A stretch of DNA of 64,000 nt, taken from positions 23,542,999 through 23,606,998 of the forward strand of contig NC_057749.1 in assembly GCF_004010195.1 (NCBI RefSeq), given 5' to 3'. The notes under the pieces are model-generated. The model ran no database searches. It worked only from the letters and a program-made list of their open reading frames with translations, and had not been told where the DNA came from. The DNA is from Chiloscyllium plagiosum. Its lineage: Eukaryota. This document shows, one piece after another, positions 13,401-28,400 of the stretch (its first letter is position 1; the number at the start of each line of letters is the position of its first letter). Made by a program: the position numbers and the translations under genes.

Positions 13401-16400
13401 ATGAAAATGTAGATGGATGGATTAGTAAGTTGGCAGATGATACAAAGATTGATGAAGTTGTGGACAATTTAGACGGTTGTCAGAGGATACAGCGGAACGT
13501 AGATCAGTTGCAGATATATGAGTGCAGAATGGCAGGTGGAGTTTAATCTGGTTAAAAGTGAGGTGCTGCACTTTGAAGACCAAATATTGATGAAAAGTAT
13601 ACAGTTAATGACAGGACCCTGAGCAGCATTGACGTACAGACTGAGATTCAAGTTTATAGCTCCCTGAAAATGGCCATGGAAGTAGACAGGGAAGTAAATA
13701 GGGCATATGGCATGCTTGCTTTTATTGTTCAGGAAACTGAGTACAAGAGGAGAAAGTGAGGACTGCAGATGCTGGAGATCAGAGCTGAAAATGTGTTGCT
13801 GGAAAATCGTTTCGGGCATTAGCCCTTCTTCAGGAATGTTGCAGCTTTAAGACTTTGGTTAGGTCACAAAATATTGCATTCAATTCTGGTTGCCACAAAA
13901 CAAGAAGGATGTGAAGACTTTGGAAGGGGCGACGAAGAGATTTACCAGAATGCTGCTTGGATTAGAGAGTTTGAGCTATAAGGAGAGGCAGTGTTTTCTC
14001 TGCAGCGGTGGAGGCTTAAGGCAGACTTGATAGAAGCCTATAAAAATATGAGATGCATAAATTGATGGTCAGAATGCTTTTCTCCAGAGTTGAAATGTCT
14101 AGTACTAAGGGACATGCTTTTAGGGTGAGAAGGGGAAGTTCAAAGGAGATGTGAAGGGCAAGTTTTTTCTTACATAGAGTGACAGGAGTCTGGAACGCAC
14201 TGCCAGAAATGGTAGAGACAGACACGATAGGGACATTTTAGAAAGGCACATGAATATGCAAAGAATGAATGCATATGGATCAAGTGCAGGCAGAAGGGAT
14301 TAGTTTAATTTGGCGTCATGTTCAGCACGACATGGTGGTTCCTGTGCTGTACTGTTCTATGTTCTGAACTCTATTTTCTATGTTTCATTCAAAATACTTA
14401 TATGGGAATCTTTTTCAGTCAACTCAAAGCAAGTTCCACTCTGCCTATTAAAATTTCACCCAAAATATAGCATAGCAGACAACGGAGCACTCCTTCGGTC
14501 AGTACCAGTCTCGATTATGCACTCAAAGCCCAAACTAATAGCTGAACAACTTGGGTTCAAGTAAGATGCAAGAATTATACAATTTTGTTTATAAATAGGT
14601 TCGGATTACAAAAGCAAGAAAATAGAAAACCTTGTTTAGAACACCAATTTTGTCTCAAGCGGTATAATACATCCAGTTCTGGACGCCACACTTGAAGACA
14701 AATATGGAGCCATGAAAGAGGGAGCAGAAAAGTCTCTTGAGAATGGTCCCAGGGATATGGAACTTCCCTGAAGCAACTCCTTGAAGCAGCTGGGGCTGTG
14801 CTCCAGTCAGAAAGGAGATGCGATAGAAATGTTCAAAATAATGAGGGACCTTGAAAGGTCGTTCTGCTATAACGTGACAGTTGTGTTCCTCTGCAACCTC
14901 GCGCAATAGAAAATCGCATTATGTAAAACAGCTATTGAATATCACACTAAACGCTCGCTAACAGAAAATTGCTACACCCGCTCAGTGGAAAGTACATTTT
15001 ATCCAAACAACGTCCACAATTCATCAATCACGCTATAGCCAATTCGCACTGACTCAAGGTGTGTTATAATGGAACCTCCCTGTAGACAGGGAGGAATCGT
15101 TTCCATTTGTGGAGGGACTGAAAACCAAGAATTTCTGCTAAAAGTGACTGCCCAAAGCAGCAAACAGCAGCAAGAAGCAAATCATCTTTAGTTAGAATGT
15201 GAAATGCATTTGCTGAACTTGAAGACAGCTTCAATTATGAACAGAGTAGAATAGAAGAGAATCCCTACAGTGTGGAAACAGGCTATTTGGCCAACAAGTC
15301 CATACCGACCCTCCAAAGAGTATCCCACCCTGACACATTCCCGTACCTATTACTCTACATTTCCCCAACCAATGCACCTAGCCGACACAACCCTGAACAC
15401 TATGGGCAATTTCCCATGGCCAATTCACCTCACCTGCACATCTTTGGAACAAGGGAGGAAACCAGAGCACCCGGAGGAAACACAAGTAGACATGGGGAGA
15501 ATGTGCAAACTCCACACAGACAGACAGTCACCCTAGGCTGGACTCGAACCCGGATCCGTGGCTCTGAGGCAGCAGCGCTAACCACTGAGCCGCCATGCCA
15601 TGAGTTTCAAATGTAAGCAGAACTGTCTTTCCTCCAAAGAGGAAAAGCTTTCAAGATTCGGAGGAAATAGCTGATAAGCAGCAGGTGGTGAATAGTACAT
15701 GCAAAGAGCCGGCACAGAATCAATAGGGAACGTGCTCTCCATCCCTGCCACAACCAATCTCTAATTGGAAATGAAGCAAGCAAACACCAAATCATTAATT
15801 CATTCCTTCAGCCAAAAGGCAGCTCCTTAGTTCATTGTCTCATGTTTCATCCTGATCCATTTCCTAAATAGTTTTTACCATTAGTGTTGGTTTACCTTTC
15901 TACTCTCAAGAACAGAGGGGGGAGGCAGGTCCCAAATTTGCTTCAACTGGAACAGGGATCAAACCTGGCCTGTTGTTAGTTTGAGTCACATGCTAGCCAT
16001 CAAGCAAACTGAGATAACTGGCCCCCTATACCAAGTCATCCTAACTGCTAGCTACAGCTCAACTACTAATGCAAAGACGAAGTACAAAAACGTATCCCCT
16101 ATTATTCATTCATTCCAAATATTCCACCCCCACCTCTGCATTCCTTCATATATGAACAATGCAGCAAGTGACATCAGCACAATCCATGTTATTCCATGAC
16201 TGGGATCAGGTGTATGACATACATCAGGTCAACACAGAAGAACAGAAAATAGTAACTTCAAAAATCAAGAAAAGGTGTTCTAGAGAAAATAAATTGGTCG
16301 GATGGAGTTGCAATGAGGAAAGTTGCTTTTACACTAAAACTCCAGCTTAAAAATATGAAAAATGATATGAACAAAGGTTGTGTGTTAAATTTGTACTGAT

Positions 16401-19400
16401 CAGTACATTCCAACTTACTTTAAACAATGGACTTACCAATAATGACATAATAAATTTATGGAGATATATAATCTGAATACAGCCAACTCGTAATGTGATT
16501 TTGCCATCGACCTTCGACATATCAACATAGGTCTCATCATCAAAAGCATTTGGATACAAGGTTATATTAAAGCTGAACACTTCATTTCCAACAATGGAGA
16601 CAGCCTTGAAAAGGAGAAATGACAGTTAATTGAAAATAAACACGGCACTATATTTTCTATATTCCAACAAATAGACCTTACAAATAACTTCAGTGTGCAT
16701 AGGTAGAGATTGCTATCATTTCCTGAAAAACAACACTCTCGCATGTTAATTCAAGTACTCACCCAAAGGTAACTTCAGCAAATCTAGCAAAGCAGCAGCT
16801 TTGTCGTACCACAGCAGTTTCAGGATAAGAGGTTGCAGAATTAAACGAGGGGCAAGGAGAAATTGCTTCTCTCAAAGGGTCATGAATCTGTCAAATTCAC
16901 CATCCAGAATGTGGTGGATGCCAGAACATTGAGTGAATTTAAAGAGAAGATAGATAGATTTTTAATTAACATCGGGTTGATGGGTTTATGAAAAGTGGTC
17001 AAGAAAGTGGACTTGAGGTCAAGATGAGATCAGCCATAACGTATTGAATGGTAGAGCAAGCCCAAGGGGATCAATGCCCCTCGGATGCTGCCTGACCTGC
17101 TGTGCTTTTCTAGCACCACTCTAATCTGGTCCTCACTATTGCCTGGAACCAGGCCTATACCTGCTCCTAATTCTTCTTGGGTTCTAATGGAGCATTCTAT
17201 CATTGGCCAAGAGCTCAGATTCAGGTCTTATCTGAGGACTCTATGTCAAAATGTGGACAACCAGAACCATGTGCTAGCTGCAATGCAACTGCCTTTCATA
17301 TTGAAGGACTCCACGCTTACATTCTTACCATGAACAAATTTCATCCTCATTTCAAGGGACTATCAGAGGAAGAGGGAAAGACAGAAATCTAGAAAAGCAC
17401 CTTTTTATGTAACGTATTTGAATCAACATCGGTAACAACGATATCCCGGAGTCTGGCAGAGACTTCCATCTGCTTTGACTGGACTGAAGCAGACGCATCC
17501 AAACCTGCATGGTTAAACAAACCATTCAAAAATTATTACAATGACCTTTATTTAACTGAAATTAGGTTAATAAAGTGGGAATCGCATGGGTTTGTTAGGC
17601 ACACTTTTTACGATACATTTCAAACCTTCTATTAACACCACAGAATGGGAAGATATAAACACAGACCAGAAAGGCTAGGACTTCTTTCACTGCAGCGTAG
17701 GAGATGAGGGGTGATCTTAAAGATGTTTATAAAATCATGAGAGGCATGGATAGGGTGAATGACAAGGATCTTTTCCCTAGGTTGGGCGAGTTCAAAACTG
17801 GGGTGAATTTTTTTTTTTAAGATAAAAGGAGAAAAATTTGAAAATGACATGAGGGACAGCTTTTTAAAGAGTGTAGTTGGTGTGTGGAATGAACTGACAG
17901 AGTAAGTGATGGATGCAGTCACATCGTTAATAGACATTTGAATAAGTACATAAATAGAAAATGTTTGGAGGGATATGGGCCAAATGCAGGCAGATGGGAC
18001 TAGTTTAATTTAGGAACATGGTCAGCATGGACTGGTTGGACCAAAGGATCTCTTTCCATGCTGTATGACTCAATGGCTCGAAGTGCATAATGTAAAGATA
18101 TTGAATTTATATAGCCCCTTAATACATTTACATATCGGTGATGTCACCAAGTGCACCCGATTATTTTTTTCCAGGACTGGAAAAAGTAGTGAAGTGTACT
18201 TATGAAAGCTGGGGCAGCACAGTGGCTCAGTGGTTAGCAATGCTGCCTCACAGCGCCAGGGATGCGGGCTAGCCTCCAACCTCAGGCAACTATCTGTGTG
18301 GAGTTTGCACATTCGCCCTGTGTCTGCGTGGGTTTTCACTGGTGCTCCAGTTTCCTCTCAGCCCAAAGATGTGCAGGCTATTTGCATGAGCCATGGGAAG
18401 CGTAGGTTTACAGGGACAGGGTTACGTGGCGAGTCTGTGTGGGATGCTCTTCAGAGGGTGGGGACTCAATGAGCCAAATGGCCTGTTTCCATGCTGAATG
18501 GATTCTTTTAAAAAAAAATTCTCAGTCAGTAAAATCAGCTTTTTTTTTGCATATTTAACAAGCAGGTGCAACAAATTCTCAGCATGTTAATTATTTCACA
18601 TAGCTAGAATTTTAAATTCATTTACACCTTGAGTCATTTGGGAATTCAGAATGTGAATATTATACGAGAGATGCTGCCAAAGCTGTTTGCCTGGCACTCC
18701 TCAGGGCAAATGCAAGAATACCAAATTTCAAATGATCATAATTTATACTGCAGGAGAAAAGGGTAGTTGGCAAGGCAACTCAGTGGTTGAGATACCACCA
18801 TGGATAAAGGAACAAGAAACTCAAAATAACATTTCCAACCTTCAATGTGATTCTGAGATTAGGAAGCAATCTTGGGAATAGCTAACACCATTGCGGGGTG
18901 TTGGAACTGCTGCAATGATATTAGGTACAGTGGTCCTGGTTTTTAACTCAGCCAAGGTTAAGAAATAACAGCAGTCAGGATGGCATTACTTGGAAGGGAA
19001 TTTACAAGCAGTCGTGTTCCCATCTGCTGCTTTTGTCCTTCGAAGTGGGTTTGGGAAGTGCTCCGAAAATAGTCTTGACAAGTTGTGTTTGACAAGTTGC
19101 CAGACCATGGCAACACGACGCCTGGAGGAAGAGCGCCTCATCTTCCGCCTAGGAATCCTCCAACCACAAGGGAGGGATGCAGATTTCTCCAGCTTTCTCA
19201 TTTCCCTTCCCCCCACCTTACCTCAGTCCCAACCCTCAGACTCAGCACCGCCTTCTTGATCTGCAATCTTCTTCCCGACCTCTCCGCCCCCACCCCCTCT
19301 CCGGCCTACCACCCTCACCTTAATCCCCTTCCACCTATCGCATTCCCAACACCCCTCCCCCAAGTCCCTCCTCCCTACCTTTTATCTCAGCCTGCTTGGC

Positions 19401-22400
19401 ACACCCTCCTCATTCCCGAAGAAGGGCTTATGCCCGAAACGCCAATTCGCCTGCTCCTTTGATGCTGCCTGACCTGCTACGCTTTTCCAGCAACCCATTT
19501 TTCAGCTCTGATCTCCAGCATCTGCAGTCCTCACTTTCCCCAAGTTGTGTTTATTAAAGGATACATAATGCCAAACCATACGTGCCAGCAGTGGCAACAG
19601 TGCATTTTAAGGTGATGAAAGGGGAGGTAATTGAGAAGGCTGCTGAAGTTTCCAATCATTTATTTCTTCTTGCATGGGATATGGTTACTGCTGACAAGGC
19701 AGCATTTGTTGTCCATCCCTAATTGCCCTTAAACTGAGTGACTGGCTAGGCCATTACAGAAAGCAGTTAAGAATAAAACACATTGCTGTTGATCTGGAGC
19801 CACATGTCGCCAAACCAAGTAAAGCAGTCAGATTTCATCTGTGAAAGGACCTTGGTGAACCGAATGATTCCATTTCAAACAATCATAATTTATCATCACA
19901 ACAGATACTAACTTTTCATTGCAATTTACTCAGAATCACTACAGTGTGGAAACAGGCTCTACAGCCCAACATGTCCACACTGACCCTCCAAAGAGTATCC
20001 GCCCAAATCTATTACTCTGCATTTACCCATGATGAATGCACCTAACCGACACATCCTGGAACACGGCAGGGACAATGTGCAAACTCCACACACAGTCATC
20101 AGAGGCTAGAATCGAACCCGGGTCCCTGGCACTGAGAGGCAGCAGTGCTAACCACTGAGCCACCATACTCATTGAATTTGAATGCCGTTAGCTGCTGTGG
20201 TGGGATTAGGACCCATGTCTCCACATCATTAGCCTGGATTATTAGTCCAGTGACATTACTATCATATCACCACCTCCAATTAACCCATTTGACGTAGGGA
20301 AAATAGTCATGTTTTAGTCCGAGTGGCGCACATACATGACAAAACAACATTTCACGGATATAAAATATTCTTAAGACAAGCTGTTTCTAAACATCATCTG
20401 CCTTTCAATGTAAAGCAAAAGCTGACATAGGCCATTCTGTCCTTGATATCAGCTCATACACTATGTAAGATCTTTGTTAATTTTCTACCTCAAATCCAAA
20501 CATTATGGCTGTTAAATCCACAGAGGAAATTTGAATGGCGAAGAATAAGTAATAGATAATAATGTTAGTTCTCATTAAATCTATGTCTTACCTTGTACTC
20601 TAATGTCTGCAATACTGCACTTTTCATCACACACAGCTACATTAAACGCATTCATCACTGCAAACATCTTGAAAGCAACCAGGTCAGCATCCTTTGAGCT
20701 TTTCAAAACTGCCAGAAAGAGTGCAACAAACTCAGATGCTTTTGTTCATTACATCAAGCAATCAAGAAAAATACTTCAAATAAAAAGCTATTTCTTCTTA
20801 AAGTACTGTTTGGGAATAGGTAAACAGTTTGTTTATAGATATTAGTGATTTGACTTTATGCTGTGTTCCAGTCACAGGATGAAAGCATGATCTCAGAGAT
20901 AATACATAGCAGCCATAAAAAATAAGGGTGTGTGTAAAGGATGGTTCGACTGTTTTTAAGGGATACAGAGGTATCCCTGCAGGTGATAAAAGTCAGATTT
21001 ACTGCTCTGCAGGTGATACAGCAAAGAGGCACAGTAGGTTGTTTGACAGGCTGTAATTATGGATTGTCCTTAATAACTACTGGGCTGCAGACAAAGACAG
21101 CCACACAGTAAAGAAACAAGAATTCCACGGTTCAACACTACAAATAGACACAAACCTCATAAGGAGCTGAAAATAAAAGGTGGGAGAAAGAAAATTTATA
21201 TTTGTTCCTGTAACAAACAGAAATAATTGAGCAGTGTCAGTTAACATTACTTACATATTTTAAAGTCTTCATAATCCCTCCTTGGACAACACTGCAAAAT
21301 AAAACTTAAGTTCCCCATCATGATTTGGAGATGCCGGTTTTGTACTCGGGTGTATAAAGTTAAAAATCACAACACCAGGTTATAGTCCAACAGGTTTAAT
21401 TGGAAACAGTAGCTTTTGGAGCACCGCTCCTTCATCAGGTGGTTGTACCCACCTGATGAAGGAGCGGCCCTCCAAAAGCTAGTGCTTCCAATTAAAGCTG
21501 TCGGACTATAACCTGGTGTTGTGTGATTTTTAACTAAATTCCCTGTGATCGCCAATGTTGGTTTGATTTGCACATGGACACAGAACCTTTATGGGCTGAC
21601 CTCTCAACATATTGAACATGCATCAACTGAGATATCGGCATGAATAAAGAAAAATAATGCCATTACATTTCTAAGCCTCAAAACATTAACCCCAATCAGG
21701 GGACTGTCTACCTCGTAACAATTTTTCCTGTGGCTTCTTTTTGAAGTTGCACGTAGGCTTGCACTGCACAAGTAAATAGATCATAGGATCTGCACAGTGT
21801 GGAAGATGGCCATTTGGGCAATCAGCTCCACATCAACCCTCGAAATAGCATTCTGCCCAACCCGACACCCCCTACCCTATCCCTGTAACCCTGCATCTCC
21901 CATGACTAACCCACCCTAGCTTACACATATCTGGACAATTTCCCATGGTCAATCTACCTAACCTGCGCATCTTTGGATTTTGAGAGGAAACAGCAGCACC
22001 TGGCTGAAACCCAAGCAGACATGGGGAGAATGTGCAAACTCCATGCAGTCAGTCGTTCCAGGATGGAATCGAATCCAGGTCTCTGGCGCTGTGAGGCAGC
22101 ATTACTAACCACTGAGCCACCATGCCAGCCCTGCAGGTATTTGAATACCGAGGCTAAATTAACTGGTACACCAGCTAGTGCACCCTGGAGAACATAAGAA
22201 ATATGGGGACTAGATCCTTCAGCCTGTTAAGACTGCTATGTCATTCAATATGATCACAATTTTGAGATTCAACTTTACTTCCACACTACTACTTATCCTT
22301 GCATTCCGAGGGATCAAAAATCTGAGTATCTCAGTTTTTAAAATATTCAACTAAGTTACACCCTCAGCCCTCTTTGATACTAAACTAAACTCGTAAGATC

Positions 22401-25400
22401 ACAAACCTCTGAGCAAAAAAAAATTTCTCATTTCCCTTATCCAAAGTGATCAATCCCTTCTTGTGAAACAGTCTCTGATGCTCTAGTTTCCCCAGACAGT
22501 GAAAATAACCTCTCGATATGTAGCTTGTCAAACCCCTTCATAACCTTAAACAAAAACAGATTATTGCTGATGAAACTCAGCAGGTCTGATTGCATCTGTG
22601 GGAAGAAAGCAGAGTTAACGAAGTAGAGTGTCACTGGACTCTAAACATTAACTCTGATTTCTTCCCATAGCTGCTGTTAGACCTGCTGAGTTTTGCTAGT
22701 TCTTGAAGATCTCCAGCTTGCACAGTTCTTTGTTTTATTTTCCGTTTCATAACTTTGAATATCTCAATGGGATCACCTTTACCATCTATGCACTATGATC
22801 ATGTATCATTGTATCAAACTTGAAATTGATTGGTCACAACATCAGTAACTGGAGAAAATGCCAGCCAAATGAATATATTTTTGTCACACAAGAGCTTACC
22901 TCATGATGAGTCAGGATTAGGCAAGAACAAAACATTGTTAGCAAAGTTGTTGTTTCCTTTAATTAGATAATGATGTATAAACCATCTCAGTGAAACCAAA
23001 TTCAAAAATTTGCTTCAAGCATAAATTACAGTGTAAGCTTGAAAATATCTCCTCAAAGCTATCATGTTTTCAAAACCCTCTCAGTAAAGTGGGTATGGAG
23101 GAGGCTGAAACAACAAATCTATTCAATTTACAACGTGACACATAATACAAACATCTCAAAGCAACTGCAAGAAAAAAGTGCTAATGAAGTCACTTGAGGA
23201 AGAACTAACTTGCATATATACAATTGAAACCAAGAAAGGCAATTCTTGGAAATCTGAAATTAAAACAAAAACAAAGTGCTGGGGAAACTCAGCAGATCTT
23301 CCAACATCTAAAGTGATAGAAGCAGAGTTAACATTGAGCCCAAGTGAGCCTTCATGAGGTTCTCATTAATATATTCGCAATTACAAGGCATTTCAGATAA
23401 TCTCGGATGCCCAAAGTCGAACACATACAAAGAATTACTACTAAAATGCATCCACTGTTAAATAGGGAAACACCAACAGTGTTGCAAAGATTCTCCCTCC
23501 ATCCATAGGACAACTATCATGCTCTCTGTAGCCAACCAGGAATAAAACTAATTGTGGCTACATTGGCACCAGAGTCTAAGACCATCCGTCAACATTTCAT
23601 AACTTCCAGATATAAAGAGGTAGAATAAATATTATCTGGTCTTTTTAAAAGAAAAGTCACATGCTCTGCTTAGCTAACTGTGATTTGACTCCACTAACAT
23701 TAACTACTCCAATTCATTAAGAAACAATTCTGACATGAAGTCCTACTAATGCTATGTACCTGTTCTCGATGTAACCCCTTTATCGAGATCCTCTTCCCGC
23801 TTTTGAGCATTTGTTTCACGATCTCGATCAATCGAGCCAGTGTCAGCTGATGGGATAACTACGGTCAGGAAATTGATGGTTGATAGTAAAGCTTTTGTAT
23901 GCAGAAGAAAGTTAAGTGAAGAAAATGTGACCTGTTGGTAAAACAAAATAATAACGTCATCCATTCTATATAATTTTACTAAATTTCAGCAGTGTATTTC
24001 AATCTAACGTTAAATTGAAAAGATCTAGTGTCTATTTCTGCTTTTTATAATTACTTTTGTAATCTATAGATTTTGTATATTATATTCATGTCACTCATTC
24101 AGAAATACTAAAAGCCTCCATTTGTGAGAAGTGTGTATCTAACACACAAAAGCCATTCTATAGAACCACTAAAATGGCAAAAAATGGAGGAAAGTACATT
24201 TACAGCCTTGAGAGGAACGATTTATTTTCAACCCAAGAAAGAATCAGAGAATAAGTTTGGGAAGACACTGAGTGAGGAACAGAAATGGAGATTGAACTGA
24301 TCTTCAATGGATAGCTTACATATTTTTACATTCATTGATGGGATGTGGTTATCACAGGCTGTGCCAACATTAATTACCCATCCCTAGTTGGCCTCAAGGC
24401 AACGGTGGTGAGCTGCCTTCATGAACTGCAGCAATTCATTTGCTGGAGGTCCATGCACAATGTTATTCAGAAGGAGTGATGTGGAGGTGCCAGTGTTGAA
24501 CTGGTGTAGATAAAGATAAAAATCACAACACCAGGTTATATTCCAGCAGAGTTGTTTATAAGTATTTCAAATATAGACTATAATCTGGTGTCAAGTGATT
24601 TTTAAATGCGGGAGTAAATTTTTTTAAATACTTCATTGTTAGGATGTAGGCATCACTGGCAAAACTTGAATTAATTATCCATCCCTAGTTATTCACAAGT
24701 TACTGCGGGCAGACCTACTTAAACAGCTGAGGTTGACATGAAGCCACACATACAAAATGGACGGGGAGGGGGTTGAAGGAGTTTGACCTGGTCATGTTCT
24801 TGTTAATACAATCATGACAAATCAGTTGTGGAAGACATGGTCATGTGAACTCACGGACAATGCATCTATCAACTGGATTGAATAGTGCCAATGTGCCAGC
24901 TGTACCCCACCATTTATAAGGAGAGTATTCCATCACATGCCAAACTTGTGCTTTGAAGGTGGCGAGAAATTTTGAGGAGTCATTCACTATAGAACTTCTG
25001 TCTTCTGGCCTATCGTATATTGCAATAACATATGCATATGCCATGCATGAACTCCTTCCACTAGTTTTCTCTTTAGTTTACTTAACTTCTTTCAAAGTAA
25101 TGTGTTGCTGGAAAAGCACAATTGGTCAGGCAGCATCGAAGGAGCAGGAGAAACGACATTTCAGGCATAAGTCCTTCATCAGGAATCTGCCCTGAAACGT
25201 TGATTCTCCTGCTGCTCAGATGCTGCCTGTCCTGCTGTGCTTTCCCAGCAACACACTCTCAACTCTGATCTCCAGCATCTGCAGTCCTCACTTTTTCCTT
25301 CTTTCTAAGTAATGGTAATACTACTGAATGACATGGTAAGATGGGTATTTAGTTTCTTTTCTTTGTGAAGAGAAGGTATTTGATGAAGCAGCTGAAAATG

Positions 25401-28400
25401 TTTATGGCAAGACAGTATACTGAGGAACTCCTACAGTGATTTACAAAAAAGGAGGAGCACGACCTGCAATCATCTTTCTCTTAGTGCTTGCTACAACATA
25501 AATCAGTGGAGACTTCTCACTTTATTCCTGTTGTTTTGAATTTTACTCTATATTTGACCTCAAAGCAAAACTCAGTCGAATGGTGCTCGGACGTCAAGAG
25601 CGTTCCCTCTTAGTTCACCTCGAAAGTTCAACCATTGTATTGATGTTAACCCACATCTGGGACCAAGTAGCCTTAGTGGAACTCAAGCTGATTTTAGATG
25701 AATAACTTATTTTCCAGCACACTTCCTGCCATTACGGAATTGTTGATTAAACGGTGAATAGCGAAGTAACTTAGCCAGCTTGAATTTAGCCTATTTTTTG
25801 TCAGCAGGACACACCTGGGCAATTTTCGACAATCTAATGTGGATGCCAAGGTTGCAGCTGTGCTGAAACATCCTGGTTAGTGAGTGATCGGGAAACTACT
25901 GGACCACAGATCTTCAGAACTACAGCCAAGAACTAATTATGGTCCATCAGTTTTTTATGATTAGATTCCCTACAGTGTGGAAACAGGCCCTTCAGCCCAA
26001 CAAGTCCACACCGACCCTTCGAAGACACCCAGTCCTATTTCCCTCTGACTAATACACCTAACACTACAGGCAATTTAGCATGGCCAATTCGCCTGACTTG
26101 CACATCTTTGAACTGTGGGAGGAAACTCACGCAGACATGGGGAGAATGTGCAAACTCCACGCAGACATGGGGAGAATGTGCAAACTCCACACAGACAGCC
26201 GCCCAAGGCTGGAATTGAACCTGGGACCCTGGTGCTGTGAGGCAGCAGTGCTAACCACTGAGCCGCCCCAGGTCCAATTTTTGTTATATCCATTGCACTA
26301 TACTTTCTCTGGACATCATATGAAGTGATTTGATACAGCAGAAGACCAACAGGTGCGATAGTGGGAATCTCAAGAGGAAGTTGAGAAGGGTCAATCACTC
26401 ACCACCTTTGATAACTACAACTGCATCAGCTTTGAGTTTTGTACTCACGAGACAAGCTTAATCAATGGGGATTTCATGAAAGCTCCTCCTCCCTTAAGTT
26501 GATTCTCCGGATTGCAGAGGAGTCATTTTGGACTCAAAACATGAAGTCTGTTTTTCGAGCCACAGATTCTACCAGACCTGCTGACTTTCACTAGCATTTT
26601 GCTTTTATCCCTGGTACTAACCCTGGCTTACTACATGCTTCATAGAACTAGCAATGGATGCCTGCCTTAAGGGTGATAGATGAGTGAGGGAACACAATTC
26701 AGCTGCTGCTGTTGACCCACAGTGCCCCAAATAGGATGCCCAATTTTGAGCTTCAAACTTGTCTGTGATACAGGGTGCGTGTGTGTCTGGTTAAAAGATA
26801 TCATTCTGTGAATTACATCAGATTATTGCTCAACTAATACACAGGATAGCTCTCTCAGCTTTGGCACAAGACTCCCAGTGTTAATGAGGAAGATTCTGTA
26901 CGGTCAAATGAATTTAATGAGACTCCACTATCTTGTTCGAATTTGTTCCTTATGTAAAAGGAACTTCATTTTCACAAGTACAATTTAAAATTAACAATAT
27001 TGTAATGCAAGATCGCAAGCTGAAAGGCTTGTTGGAACAGTTCATTAATCAAAATATTTGCTTCAGTTCAAGTAGAATTATGTCCAATGATGTTCTTTTA
27101 ATCATAAACCTCAAAGAAATTCTCCACAAACTGTATACAACAAACAAATGACAACAAAATGCGAGAGGTCGGAGGGCTTGTTTCCATACTGTAGGGAATC
27201 TAATCTAATCTAAAATCTCCAAACTGTATTAACTAAGCCTTGCAATGGTATTTCAGAGATTACTTGGGTACTGATTAATACTGAGCCATGTACTCTTTCC
27301 AATTTTTAACACATGGTTGAACAAACAACACTTTAACTTGCAGTACCTTATCATTTTCTGTGATAACATAGATACCTATGTAATTTGAATAAATGGGGTA
27401 GAGGAGATGAAGGGGAACACACCGGATAACTGTTGCTTCTCTATTGCAATTCAAGCAGCCATTCCCATCTTCATTTTAATTCAACAGCATGAAATTCTCC
27501 ACCGAATCAAGTCAACATTTGGGACTTTTAAATAGAAGGAAACAAGAATCACTTGGTATAAGGTGGGATATTTCAGAATTTACATTGTGGGCCGAAGGGC
27601 TTGTTTCTGTGCTGTACTGTTCCATGTTCTTAATTGAAGTGCAAACAAACTTTGCTGGAAGGACAGTGCTGCAACTGCCAAGGGTTGAAAAATTACAAAC
27701 TATTTTTCCTCTTAAGAACAGGTGTTTTTTTTTTTATGTAACTGCAGTCACAGACAGCAAACGTCATCATTCTGCAAAAAAGTAGGCCAAATTCCATTCC
27801 TTTGAGAGTTCATAGAAAAATTATCTCCGCCTGCACTGTGTTGTTCTAAGATTCTGCCTTCAGTATTATCAGATTAAATACTCTCCCCCTCTCTATGGTC
27901 TACTAATTTTCACAAAGCATACAAAAGGGACAGCATTTTATCTGGTTATTGAGCTTATGTCACAAATGTACTTTATATAAAAACGTAATATCATCCCTGC
28001 ACACTAAATTAATGTAAATTATTATGTTATTGTAGTGAATTCAACCAATATTCAAACTTGACCTACAAATTAGACCAGAAATTTTTATGACCCTACTCCT
28101 TATAACATCCAATATTAAACAGATTACACTTAAATGTGGGTCAAGAAACTAGGACAAAAGCTTTTCAAAAATCCTGAAATACTGAAATCATATGCAACTG
28201 AAAAAATGAAATGTATTGACATTTACATTTTTTAAAATATTGTATGAGTCAGTTTTGACAGTTCATTGTATCCGAGCAAAATCCATTTTCTTGTGAATAA
28301 AGCTCATTAACCTAGATTTCAAAGTGTTAGTCATTTTTTTCAAATTAAGTAACAAATTTTGTGAAGATGTTTTTAATCAAACCAGTCTTCTTCAGCTGGC

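Larger units (their letters stand above)
11200..14350 (+). mobile_element. CR1/HER1-like LINE, near-complete decayed ORF2 (APE endonuclease plus RT), interrupted by two family-1 insertions
   Basis: YFNARSI, AITETW, RGGGVA, VGDLN endonuclease motifs; NYRPVSLT, FDKVPH, LADDTKI RT motifs; many frameshifts; CR1 3' tail. Confidence 0.9.
24330..26900 (-). mobile_element. Patchwork of a decayed second CR1/L2-type LINE family with nested SINE and fold-back insertions
   Basis: Shares tgatgaagcagctgaa..gaggaactcc with 47290 and catccctaattgccc-type ends with 19710 and 45100; boundaries approximate. Confidence 0.55.
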
